From Candidatus Brennerbacteria bacterium RIFOXYC1_FULL_41_11 (lineage in GTDB: Bacteria; Patescibacteriota; Minisyncoccia; UBA6257; Brennerbacteraceae), in assembly GCA_001817215.1 (NCBI GenBank), contig MHHX01000012.1, forward strand, positions 4,843 to 68,254: 63,412 nucleotides of DNA, written 5' to 3'. How positions within the stretch are numbered: the stretch's first letter is position 1; every line of letters starts with the position of its first letter. Below, one piece after another: positions 42,341-50,694 of this stretch. The position numbers and the translations under genes are program-made. The notes beneath the pieces were generated by a model. That model searched no databases and was not told the DNA's origin. It saw nothing but the letters and a program-made list of their open reading frames with translations.

Positions 42341-42829
42341 ATGAAAAAAAGCTATCTTATTTACGGCGGCTCCGCTGTACTTCTCTTGGTTGTTGTCTTG
42401 CTTTTGGTTTATTCAAGTCCCGGACAGCCAGTTTTACCGGTGTTGGCCCCAAGCCCGACTCCAATAATTTCAGTTTCGCCAACGGAGTCTCCGGTTATTT
42501 CTTCTGCGGCGTCATCGCTGCCAACCTCTCCTTCTGAAGCTCCTCGAACCGGAGCTGTCAGGGATTTTGTCTTCACCGCCAGCGATTTCAAATATTCTTT
42601 AACGGAATTAAGGGTTAAAAAAGGAGATCTTGTGAAAATTGTTTTACAGAATAAAGAAGGATTTCATGATCTAAAGATAGACGAATTCGGAGTCGCAACT
42701 GAAAAGCTTCGGGTTGGGCAAGAAGATGTAGTAGAGTTTGTTGCCGATAAAATCGGTACTTTCGAGTATTACTGTTCGATTGGATCTCACAGGTTAATGG
42801 GTATGAAGGGTAATTTGATTGTCGAATAG
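42341..42829 (+). CDS. Cupredoxin (plastocyanin/azurin-like blue copper) protein
   Basis: Signal/TM segment, Pro/Ser linker, then a cupredoxin domain with GFHDL ... YYCSIGSHRLMGM (His, Cys-x4-His-x4-Met ligands). Confidence 0.7.
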   Translation: MKKSYLIYGGSAVLLLVVVLLLVYSSPGQPVLPVLAPSPTPIISVSPTESPVISSAASSLPTSPSEAPRTGAVRDFVFTASDFKYSLTELRVKKGDLVKIVLQNKEGFHDLKIDEFGVATEKLRVGQEDVVEFVADKIGTFEYYCSIGSHRLMGMKGNLIVE

Positions 42830-42936
42830 TCCTTCTGTTTTGCGCTGTTTTACAGAAGAGACGGTTTTAAAATTCAACATTGGGGTTTGAGCAGTTGTCA
42901 CTAATCCTTGCAATTGCGATGATTAGTGACAAAGGT

Positions 42937-43647
42937 CTATTGTATAAATTTGAAGCTTGAAAGCATCATCTCTTGGAGTTTCCTGACGCCCGCGTTAATT
43001 TCTCCGGATCTGATAATTAAATCTCCGGTGAAGGGATCGCAGTTTTCGAGTGGGATCGGTTGATCTCCTCGCATGCAAACCAGTCTTTGGTTTGGCATTT
43101 TGGCTCCGGAAAAAATGAAACCAGATTCCTGCCAGGATCTCGGTTTTTTTGAAAAGCTGATAAAAGTCGCCCAAGGCGTTCCGTCTTCAAGAATGAAGTC
43201 GGTTGCTTGCGCTGTTTTTTCGGTTAACGCGACGTTGCTTTCTTGATATTCCCCGTTGATTCCTTCAGTCGGATATCCGTAAGGGAAAACAGAAACGTGA
43301 TCTGCGTCTGAAAAATGAATATATGGCTGCACTATGAATTGTGAATTTTCTGTTGGCGGATAGAAATTGAATATTGGTGCGATCTGGTCACTGGAAAAGT
43401 CTGAGACCATCCATTCTCGAGGATATTTGATTTCGAAATTAAACTTTGCGTTTCTGTAGGTTGACCATTCGTCTTGAACTATCGGCGTTGGCAAAATTTC
43501 TGTCAAATTCTTCGTTGGTTTGTTGCCAAGGATGCCGTAATAGATAAACATAAATCCGACCACAAACAAAGAGGTCAGGATTGAAAAACTATTCTTCAAT
43601 ATATCAACCAGCCGGTTGGTCGGTTTCTTTGAGTGTTCCATTTTCAA
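42937..43647 (-). CDS. Hypothetical membrane-anchored extracytoplasmic protein (236 aa)
   Basis: One N-terminal TM segment. No catalytic motif recognised. Confidence 0.5.
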   Translation of the reverse strand: MKMEHSKKPTNRLVDILKNSFSILTSLFVVGFMFIYYGILGNKPTKNLTEILPTPIVQDEWSTYRNAKFNFEIKYPREWMVSDFSSDQIAPIFNFYPPTENSQFIVQPYIHFSDADHVSVFPYGYPTEGINGEYQESNVALTEKTAQATDFILEDGTPWATFISFSKKPRSWQESGFIFSGAKMPNQRLVCMRGDQPIPLENCDPFTGDLIIRSGEINAGVRKLQEMMLSSFKFIQ

Positions 43648-44128
43648 TAATCAAGTATTTGCTGACTTTGACAGAAGGTTGGGTAGTCATCGGGTCCTCT
43701 GGTTTTCTTTCGGCATAGTTCACGACGACGGTGCTGCCAAGAAAATTTATGTTTTGTGGCGCGATTCTGTCGCCTAGCAAGATCGCGTTCGTGCCCCGGA
43801 AACTCCCTGTTTCATTGATAGCCGCGGCGACATAAAAAAATGTTCCTGAGCCTCCGGGGCTTTGCGTAAACATTAAAATTGCGTCTTCATCATCGTCTTG
43901 ATCGAGGTCTTTATAGACCGGGTTTAAAAAGATTTGAGAATTCTGAAGTTTTATTTCTTGATTTTCCACATAGTACGTTGCATTTTCAGGAAAAATAATC
44001 ATATCTTTTTTATAAATATTTTTCAGAACAAAAAATGAAAACAAAACGGCAAAGAGAATCATTATTGATCCGATCAAGATTGTTTTTTTGTTGTTCTCTA
44101 GACCGTTCTTTAAAAACTTAATTTTCAC
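43604..44128 (-). CDS. Hypothetical membrane-anchored protein (174 aa)
   Basis: One N-terminal TM segment. Overlaps the downstream gene by 44 nt. Confidence 0.5.
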   Translation of the reverse strand: MKIKFLKNGLENNKKTILIGSIMILFAVLFSFFVLKNIYKKDMIIFPENATYYVENQEIKLQNSQIFLNPVYKDLDQDDDEDAILMFTQSPGGSGTFFYVAAAINETGSFRGTNAILLGDRIAPQNINFLGSTVVVNYAERKPEDPMTTQPSVKVSKYLIIENGTLKETDQPAG

Positions 44129-44131
44129 GAT

Positions 44132-44584
44132 TTATTTGACATCCAATAACTCTACTTCAAAGATTAATGTTGCATTCGGGGGAATAACGTTTGGTACACC
44201 CGATTCGCCGTAGGCCATTTCCGGCGGGATTGTCAATTTCCTTTCACCGCCGATTTTCATGCTTAAAATCCCCTGTTCCCAGCCCTGAATCACCTGGCCT
44301 GCGCCAAGAGTGAAAGAAAACGGTTGGTTTCTGTCATAGGAGCTGTCGAATTTTTTGCCGTCGAGAAGCTTGCCGACATAATTAACAGTAACAATCTTTC
44401 CGTTTTGCGCCTCAAGGCCATCTCCTATTTTTAAATCTTCAATTTTCAAATTATTATTCATATTTGTGTATCCATCAAAATCATTAATATTTTTTTGCTT
44501 GTTTGTTGCGTAATAGATTGTTGAGGCGAAAATAATCAAAATCGCCAAACTTATTAAAATTTTCTGTATATATTTTTTATTCAT
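44132..44584 (-). CDS. FKBP-type peptidyl-prolyl cis-trans isomerase (membrane-anchored)
   Basis: V.V.Y.G.L.DG..FDSS......F.LG.G.VI.GW..G...M..GG.R.L.IP...AYG pattern. Confidence 0.88.
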   Translation of the reverse strand: MNKKYIQKILISLAILIIFASTIYYATNKQKNINDFDGYTNMNNNLKIEDLKIGDGLEAQNGKIVTVNYVGKLLDGKKFDSSYDRNQPFSFTLGAGQVIQGWEQGILSMKIGGERKLTIPPEMAYGESGVPNVIPPNATLIFEVELLDVK

Positions 44585-44591
44585 GAAGTTT

Positions 44592-44906
44592 TTATAATAA
44601 TCTTTTTATCTTTGATTCTGATTTTAGACCGGCTTCATTTGAGATTATCTCTAGATCGCGTGAAGAAATTCCTAATGGTTCAATCAGATTTTCCGGCGCA
44701 AAAGATTCATCAAAAAAATGGTTGCCATGCAATCCGCCCACACTAATGATCCCGACGCACGGTGGTATTAGTTTTGCCACGGTGGCATGTTCGTAGCCAG
44801 AAGCCACAGCGGCATCGTCTATTTTAAAACTTGTTTGTTGATACCACTGGGCAAGGATATAAGCTGCCAGTTTTTTTCTTCTTTGTTGGTCAGATACGTT
44901 AACCAT
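44592..44906 (-). CDS. Hypothetical protein (104 aa)
   Basis: Clean ORF with no motif recognised. Confidence 0.45.
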   Translation of the reverse strand: MVNVSDQQRRKKLAAYILAQWYQQTSFKIDDAAVASGYEHATVAKLIPPCVGIISVGGLHGNHFFDESFAPENLIEPLGISSRDLEIISNEAGLKSESKIKRLL

Positions 44907-44939
44907 CTTTATTGAGCTTTATGTTAAAATTATCTTAAC

Positions 44940-45836
44940 ATGGATAAGATTTTTGTTGAATATCCTGAAACTTGGGGAAATTATCAGCTTTTAGATTCAG
45001 GCGGCTGCAAGAAACTGGAGCGGTTTGGTGATTTCAGAATCATCCGGCCTGATCCGCGAGCCATCTGGTTGCCTAGTTTGCCGGAATCGGAGTGGCATGA
45101 AGTCTTGGCACAGTTTTCCGGAAGATCAAAGGCAGATGGGAAATGGCAAAAAATAAGCACGATACCCGATAGGTGGGAAATTAACTGGCAAGACTTTAAG
45201 TTTCTGCTCAAGTTTTCTGATTTTAAAAATATTGGTATATTCCCCGAACAAGCTTCAAATTGGGAGTGGTTGAGGAGCGCGCTCCGAAATCCTGAGCGAA
45301 GTCGAAGGACCGAGGATTATCCATTGCGAGTCTTGAATCTTTTTGCATACACGGGCGCGGCTTCAGTCGTGTGCGCAAAATTCGGAGCTGAAGTAACGCA
45401 TGTTGATTCGGTAAAAAGTATTAACTCTTGGGCAAAAGAGAATGCGAAGTTGAACGCTGTGTCAGAGGAGCAGATTCGCTTTCTCGAAGACGATGTTTTA
45501 AAGTTTGTCATGAGAGAAGCGAAACGCGGCAATAAATATGATGGCATTATCATGGATCCGCCACGTTTCGGCCATGGTATCAAAGGCGAAATCTGGAAAC
45601 TTGCTTTTGATCTGCCAAAACTTGTTTTTGAATCTCAAAAAATATTGTCCCTTGATCCGGTTTTCTTCTTAATAAATGCTTATACGGCCGATTTGTCATC
45701 AATCGCTTTGAAAAATCTTTTGGAAAACGTAACAAAAAAATTTGGTGGCAAAATTGAGTCAGGAGAGTTAGTCTTGAAAGAAAAATCAGCCGGACGCTTG
45801 TTGCCAAGCGGGATTTTTGCCAGATGGCAAAGATAA
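44940..45836 (+). CDS. Class I SAM-dependent (RlmI/RlmK-like) methyltransferase
   Basis: LNLFAYTGAASV (motif I), THVD, IIMDPPRFG (motif IV). Confidence 0.75.
   Translation: MDKIFVEYPETWGNYQLLDSGGCKKLERFGDFRIIRPDPRAIWLPSLPESEWHEVLAQFSGRSKADGKWQKISTIPDRWEINWQDFKFLLKFSDFKNIGIFPEQASNWEWLRSALRNPERSRRTEDYPLRVLNLFAYTGAASVVCAKFGAEVTHVDSVKSINSWAKENAKLNAVSEEQIRFLEDDVLKFVMREAKRGNKYDGIIMDPPRFGHGIKGEIWKLAFDLPKLVFESQKILSLDPVFFLINAYTADLSSIALKNLLENVTKKFGGKIESGELVLKEKSAGRLLPSGIFARWQR
45290..45310. repeat. Short dispersed repeat TCCTGAGCGAAGTCGAAGGAC (intragenic copy)
   Basis: Translated in frame as ...NPERSRRTE... inside the methyltransferase, between the N-domain and SAM motif I. Confidence 0.6.
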
Positions 45837-45928
45837 AACCGAAGAAACAAAACGCTTCTTAGGGTTTGCCAATCAGGGAAATTGGGGTATAATTTAGCAA
45901 ATTCCAATGACCTTTTAAGGAGGCACGA

Positions 45929-46234
45929 ATGCAAAGAAACAGAGTCCTTGTGGCGGATCGGTATTTTTCCCTTCCGTGGGTAGCCGTAGATATGATTTTT
46001 GTGTCAGCAGGCGGGAAAATGTATAAAGCATACAGGGTCCTGGAAGTTGGGCCCATGAAACGTGAAAATGGGGAATGTATTTACGCGGCGCCAAAGCTTG
46101 AGGAAATAAGGCTGGATCCTGAGAAACATCGAGGATGGAAACCTGGTCGGATGGCAGCCAGGTGGGCTATTGTCGCGGCTTTCAGATACGAGGGGTACGG
46201 CAGCGTGGTCATGGCCAATAAATGCAGGATTTAA
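45929..46234 (+). CDS. Hypothetical protein (101 aa), G+C-rich cassette F
   Basis: TTGCCA-16-TATAAT promoter (45866-45893), SD TAAGGAGGCACGA-ATG, terminator at 46245-46267. Confidence 0.55.
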   Translation: MQRNRVLVADRYFSLPWVAVDMIFVSAGGKMYKAYRVLEVGPMKRENGECIYAAPKLEEIRLDPEKHRGWKPGRMAARWAIVAAFRYEGYGSVVMANKCRI

Positions 46235-46244
46235 TCAAAAAGCA

Positions 46245-46267
46245 ACCGTCCCGCTCAGCGGGACGGT
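46245..46267. terminator. Bidirectional intrinsic terminator
   Basis: ACCGUCCCGC-uca-GCGGGACGGU followed by UUUGCUGUUU. Confidence 0.75.
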
Positions 46268-46275
46268 TTTGCTGT

Positions 46276-46878
46276 TTATCGGATATAAACGCAGTATGGT
46301 TCTATCAACTCGTAAGAACATTTGATTTCTACAGAAGATTCATCTTTACTTGAGCTTAGTGAATAGACTCCGAGAGCCTTATCAACTCGGCTCCTAAAAT
46401 AATTATTAAGAGTTTTGTCAAAATGTGGGAATAAGCCGGTTTTCATAAAGATTTTGTAATCAGAGAGATTAATTCTTTTATTGAGCCTTTTTAGATTTTT
46501 GCCGCAAACAGCAAAATGCGGTTTTCGCGTGTTGCCGACTAATAAAACCTGTTTTGGCAGTTTTTGCCAATGAATTTTGTCCTCTGAAAACTCTGTAAAT
46601 TTTCCTTGTTCTGTTGTGCTATATGATGATTTTGTTTCTATGAATAAGCCAATAACTTTACTTGATTGCGAAGATTTTACAAAAGCATTAACTAAACCCG
46701 GTCGGCAAAACACACCGGAGTATCCCCAGAAGAATTTGCCGATTGCTCTCTCTTCTTTTTGCTTAATTTTAATGATTTCTTCCAAGCCGTAGCCGCAGTA
46801 TGGTCCGGCTTTCATTAAGAGAATGTGATTATATCTTGTCATGTTCCAGATGTTTTTCCAGAACAGCGATTTTCTCAC
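46276..46878 (-). CDS. Hypothetical protein (188-200 aa), partner of the nucleotidyltransferase
   Basis: Overlaps the upstream NTase gene. The probable start is ATG 46842 (MTRYNHILL...). No motif recognised. Confidence 0.5.
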   Translation of the reverse strand: MRKSLFWKNIWNMTRYNHILLMKAGPYCGYGLEEIIKIKQKEERAIGKFFWGYSGVFCRPGLVNAFVKSSQSSKVIGLFIETKSSYSTTEQGKFTEFSEDKIHWQKLPKQVLLVGNTRKPHFAVCGKNLKRLNKRINLSDYKIFMKTGLFPHFDKTLNNYFRSRVDKALGVYSLSSSKDESSVEIKCSYELIEPYCVYIR

Positions 46879-47314
46879 TATCTTTTTTGAGATACTTTAT
46901 TTTTCTCCACTTTCTTTTTAGTCCCATTTTGTAAATTTGAAGCAGATCGCGAACGGATATTAGGTAATAATAATTGTTCCTCGCCTCAAACTTTTTCTTT
47001 TTTATTTTACGCTTGGATATTTTTTCTATGTTTTCAAAACTCTCAAAAGACAGGGTTTTTTTGTCTTTGGCAAACTCGTGAATATGATTCGGGTCTTGTT
47101 TGTATCCAAATTTCTCAATTAAGTCTTTAAAGAAATTAAATCTTTTTTGCAAAAACTGTTTTGGGATTATAAAATCAATATCCCCAACACTTTTGGGGAA
47201 TCCAGCAATTTTATAGCATAACAAAGAACCGTATAGACACGGAGTAATCTTATTTTTATTTAAGATTTTTGATACTTTCAAAAATAATTCAAATGCCTTT
47301 TTGCTGTTTACCAT
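46829..47314 (-). CDS. Minimal nucleotidyltransferase-fold protein (161 aa)
   Basis: LYGSLL...(12)...GDIDFIIP equals the G-S ... D-x-D signature of Pol-beta-type NTases (MNT/Lnu-like size). Confidence 0.55.
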   Translation of the reverse strand: MVNSKKAFELFLKVSKILNKNKITPCLYGSLLCYKIAGFPKSVGDIDFIIPKQFLQKRFNFFKDLIEKFGYKQDPNHIHEFAKDKKTLSFESFENIEKISKRKIKKKKFEARNNYYYLISVRDLLQIYKMGLKRKWRKIKYLKKDSEKIAVLEKHLEHDKI

Positions 47315-47329
47315 CCTGATTACCGATAA

Positions 47330-50300
47330 CTAATTACTATTAACTAAGCTCTCTTCAAACTCCAAAATTCCTTTGATATCTGGAGAGTATTTTGAAACAT
47401 CCGGGAAATCAAGGCTTACAATCCGTGAATAAACAGTTTGGACAAGCTTTGACAAACGGTCAATGAAATCTTTTTCAAGATTAAGTTCAAGAATCGGGTT
47501 GTCGTTTTTTGAGGCCTCAATAAATTCCAAGATTCCTTGGTTAATTTTATACTTTAAAAAATCTTGCGAATTTTCAATCAAAAGCTTATAAAATCCAAGC
47601 TGGTTTTTGTATTTATAAGCCTTGATTTTTTCATACTCTCCCTTGCCCTGCCAGTTACTTAATGACTGGCCGGTTTTCAGATCAAAAACGATAATTTCTT
47701 TGGGATCCATCTCTTTAATTTTATCAATCTTGCCCGTGAGCAAAGCTTCGCCCAAAACCACTCCCCTGTTCCTAAAGTTGACTTCAATCTGATCGGTTTG
47801 GCTAAAATTATTTTGGTTTCTATCAAAATAATTCTTCAGAATTAATCTTCCTCTTAATAAGTATTGAGAAAAATCTTGATCACCTAACCTTTCATTTTTC
47901 AAGGCTTGTTCAAACTTTTGCAGCAAAAAATCAAGCTTTGGTAATTCTCCTTGGTTTTTAAGATAAACATGAAGCTGCTCAACGGCTTTGTGGATAGCCG
48001 AACCAAAAGACCCGGATGGACTCTTGGCTTGTGGAAAAAATAAAAGGTTCTGTTCAATAAAGTTTTGCGGACCGCCTCGAGAAAGGTCAAGAAAATTATT
48101 CAGATGCGTCGGGCTTAATTTATATTCTTGGAGAAACTGTTCCAACAAGATTTTTTCGTTATTTTTAAAAGGTGGTGCATGCAAAGCCAAAATCGGGCTT
48201 GAAATTGCTTCAATAATTTCGTCGTTGTCAAGAGTATCTTCTTTTAAAGAAAACTTGTTGACAATGAAGTTTAGTGCCAAAGAAGGATCGCCTTTTTCAT
48301 TGGTTTCGTAAGAGCTGAGAAAAAGGTTTCTTTTGCTTCTAGTTAAGGCAACGTAAAAAAGCCTTAACTGGTCATCCTGGGTATCTCCTGCCGGTGCAAT
48401 CGACAGATTGCCCGGAAATGATAACAGGGAAAAGTTTTTTGTTTTTGCCCAAATATCATTCTGGCAGGATAAAACGAAAACAGTATTGAATTCTTGGCCC
48501 TTGGCTTTATGGGCCGTCATCAAATTGACAGCGTTCTGAGAATCGATAAACGGAGTCTGATCAGGTAAAGAAAGCTTGTGCTCCTGATGGATTTTTACGA
48601 ACTCAACCAAATCCTGGATTTTTAAAATTTCTCCTTGTTTGTATTCTCTCAAGGCGCCGTAAAACACTCTCAGGGCCGATAAAAATAAGAGATATTCTTG
48701 GGTATTGTGTTTCAGATTTTCTTTTGAAAAATAATATTCCTTAAGGGGGCTGGAGCGATGTGTTGTGTGAGGCGTAAGGTATGAGACATTCTCAACAACT
48801 TCTTCTTCGTCTGTTAAGGCGACCGGCGAACCAATAATTGAATCTAAAACATGTTCAAGGGTTTCGTATTTCGCTATTCCCGATAGATCAATCAAGAACC
48901 TCGCGATAGCGTTGATTTTTTTGTCGGGAAATTCAAGCATTGATTCTAACCATGGTTTTCTTTCTTTATTTGCAGTTAAAGATATTTGCCAGATTTTTAT
49001 CCTGTCAATTTCCCAGAAAGGATAGCTCAAGATTTCCGGAAGGAGGTTGTCCTCTGATTCAGATTTTCCTGAAAGAGAAGAAACATACTCAGCGATAGTA
49101 ATAATTTGTTTTATGTGCGGTTGAGTCAAGACATCTCTTTGCCGCTCATAAGAAACAGGAACTTTTTGTTTTTGAAGATATGTTGATACTTCTTGGAGGA
49201 TTTTGTGTTCTCTGGCTATAATCGCAATTTCGTTTGGTTCTTCTCCGGCTTTTATCAGTCCCGAGATTTTCTTAGCTACCCAATGAAACTCGTGGACGTT
49301 TGTCGGGAATGATTTGAAGGATATCTCTCCTGTTTGTTTTTTTGGATTTATGGCGACGAGGTCTTTTTTCAATTCTTCTAACTTATTTTCCAACCTGTTT
49401 TCTCCCTGTCGGATTATCTGTTTTGCCAGTTCCAAAATTTCTTGAGTGGAACGGTAATTTTCTAAAAGTGAGATAATCGGCGCCTTGTATCTTTCTTGAA
49501 AATCAAGAATATTTGAAAGTTCGGCACCTTGGAATTTGTAAACGGCTTGATCATCGTCGCCGACAGCCATTAAATTCGGTTCATTGGGTGAAATCTCTGA
49601 CTGAGCAATCAAATCGAGCAATCGCATCTGGGCGTCATTAGTGTCTTGAAACTCATCAACCAAAATAAACTGGTATTGTTCTTGCAGCTCATAACGCAAT
49701 ACTTTATTTTGTTGGAGAGTTTGGATCGTATCCAAGAGCATGTCGTCAAAGTCAAAATAGCCACTTTCGCGCATGATTTCGGAATACTCTTTGTAAACTC
49801 TGCCCAAAGCAGTCATTTTTTCGAAGTTGAGCGAGTCTTTGAAGCAGATTCTTTTTTCTTCATTCCTGATCAGCCACCTTGATTTAAATGCCGTAAGCGG
49901 TTTTGTTGATTCGTCTCCGCTTTCATCGAGTGCCAAGAGCAGATTTTTTTTGATGATTTCGTTAATTGGCCCGAAATGAGGCACCGGGAAATCTTTGGAG
50001 AAATTCAAGGTTTCAAACGCGGTCATCATTTTTTTTGCTTCTGGAATAATGCTTTTTGAAATTGTTTTCGAAAAAATACTTTCGAATAAAGGATTCAAAA
50101 TTTCAAAAATCTTCTGGTTATGATTGATGATTTCAAGAAACTCTTCAGGCGATAAACCAGCTTTTTTTACCTGGCCAATTGCTTTCAAGGTCGGTTTCAG
50201 ATAACTGAAGCCTTGATTAAAGTAAGTTTTATTTAAAGGGTTGTCATACGACAGGTTTTTGAAGATTTTTGACAGGCATTCAATCTGGGCAATCTCATCA

Positions 50301-50644
50301 GCCGGAGAAAAGCTGGCCGCATTGTAAAAAAATTCAGGGTGCCGCGAGATAATTTCTGTGCCAAAACCGTGAAAAGTATGAATGGCGACACGATAAGCAT
50401 CTTTACCAATGATACTGGCTAACCGTTTACGCATATTAACTGCGGCTGCGTCAGTGAAAGTCAGACAAAGGATATTGCCCGGTAGCGTATCGGTTTTTTG
50501 TAAAATGTTTGCGACTCGCAGACTTAGAATCTGGGTTTTGCCAGATCCCGGCCCAGCCACAACTAAAAGCGGGCCGTAGACTGTATCAACGGCTTGTTTT
50601 TGCGTTTTGTTGAGCTGATTATAAGCTTCTTTAAAATCCTGCAT
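47330..50644 (-). CDS. UvrD/PcrA-type SF1 helicase fused to a C-terminal PD-(D/E)XK nuclease (AddA-like)
   Basis: Walker A AGPGSGKTQ, motif II VDEFQD, motifs V/VI (TAHKAKGQEF, LFYVALTRSK). C-terminal FGSAIH...VFDLKTGQ...YKNQLGFYKLL nuclease core. Confidence 0.85.
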   Translation of the reverse strand: MQDFKEAYNQLNKTQKQAVDTVYGPLLVVAGPGSGKTQILSLRVANILQKTDTLPGNILCLTFTDAAAVNMRKRLASIIGKDAYRVAIHTFHGFGTEIISRHPEFFYNAASFSPADEIAQIECLSKIFKNLSYDNPLNKTYFNQGFSYLKPTLKAIGQVKKAGLSPEEFLEIINHNQKIFEILNPLFESIFSKTISKSIIPEAKKMMTAFETLNFSKDFPVPHFGPINEIIKKNLLLALDESGDESTKPLTAFKSRWLIRNEEKRICFKDSLNFEKMTALGRVYKEYSEIMRESGYFDFDDMLLDTIQTLQQNKVLRYELQEQYQFILVDEFQDTNDAQMRLLDLIAQSEISPNEPNLMAVGDDDQAVYKFQGAELSNILDFQERYKAPIISLLENYRSTQEILELAKQIIRQGENRLENKLEELKKDLVAINPKKQTGEISFKSFPTNVHEFHWVAKKISGLIKAGEEPNEIAIIAREHKILQEVSTYLQKQKVPVSYERQRDVLTQPHIKQIITIAEYVSSLSGKSESEDNLLPEILSYPFWEIDRIKIWQISLTANKERKPWLESMLEFPDKKINAIARFLIDLSGIAKYETLEHVLDSIIGSPVALTDEEEVVENVSYLTPHTTHRSSPLKEYYFSKENLKHNTQEYLLFLSALRVFYGALREYKQGEILKIQDLVEFVKIHQEHKLSLPDQTPFIDSQNAVNLMTAHKAKGQEFNTVFVLSCQNDIWAKTKNFSLLSFPGNLSIAPAGDTQDDQLRLFYVALTRSKRNLFLSSYETNEKGDPSLALNFIVNKFSLKEDTLDNDEIIEAISSPILALHAPPFKNNEKILLEQFLQEYKLSPTHLNNFLDLSRGGPQNFIEQNLLFFPQAKSPSGSFGSAIHKAVEQLHVYLKNQGELPKLDFLLQKFEQALKNERLGDQDFSQYLLRGRLILKNYFDRNQNNFSQTDQIEVNFRNRGVVLGEALLTGKIDKIKEMDPKEIIVFDLKTGQSLSNWQGKGEYEKIKAYKYKNQLGFYKLLIENSQDFLKYKINQGILEFIEASKNDNPILELNLEKDFIDRLSKLVQTVYSRIVSLDFPDVSKYSPDIKGILEFEESLVNSN

Positions 50645-50694
50645 TTTGCTTTTGAGAGTATTTTAGCAGGTTTTTATCTTGCAGAGATGCTTGC

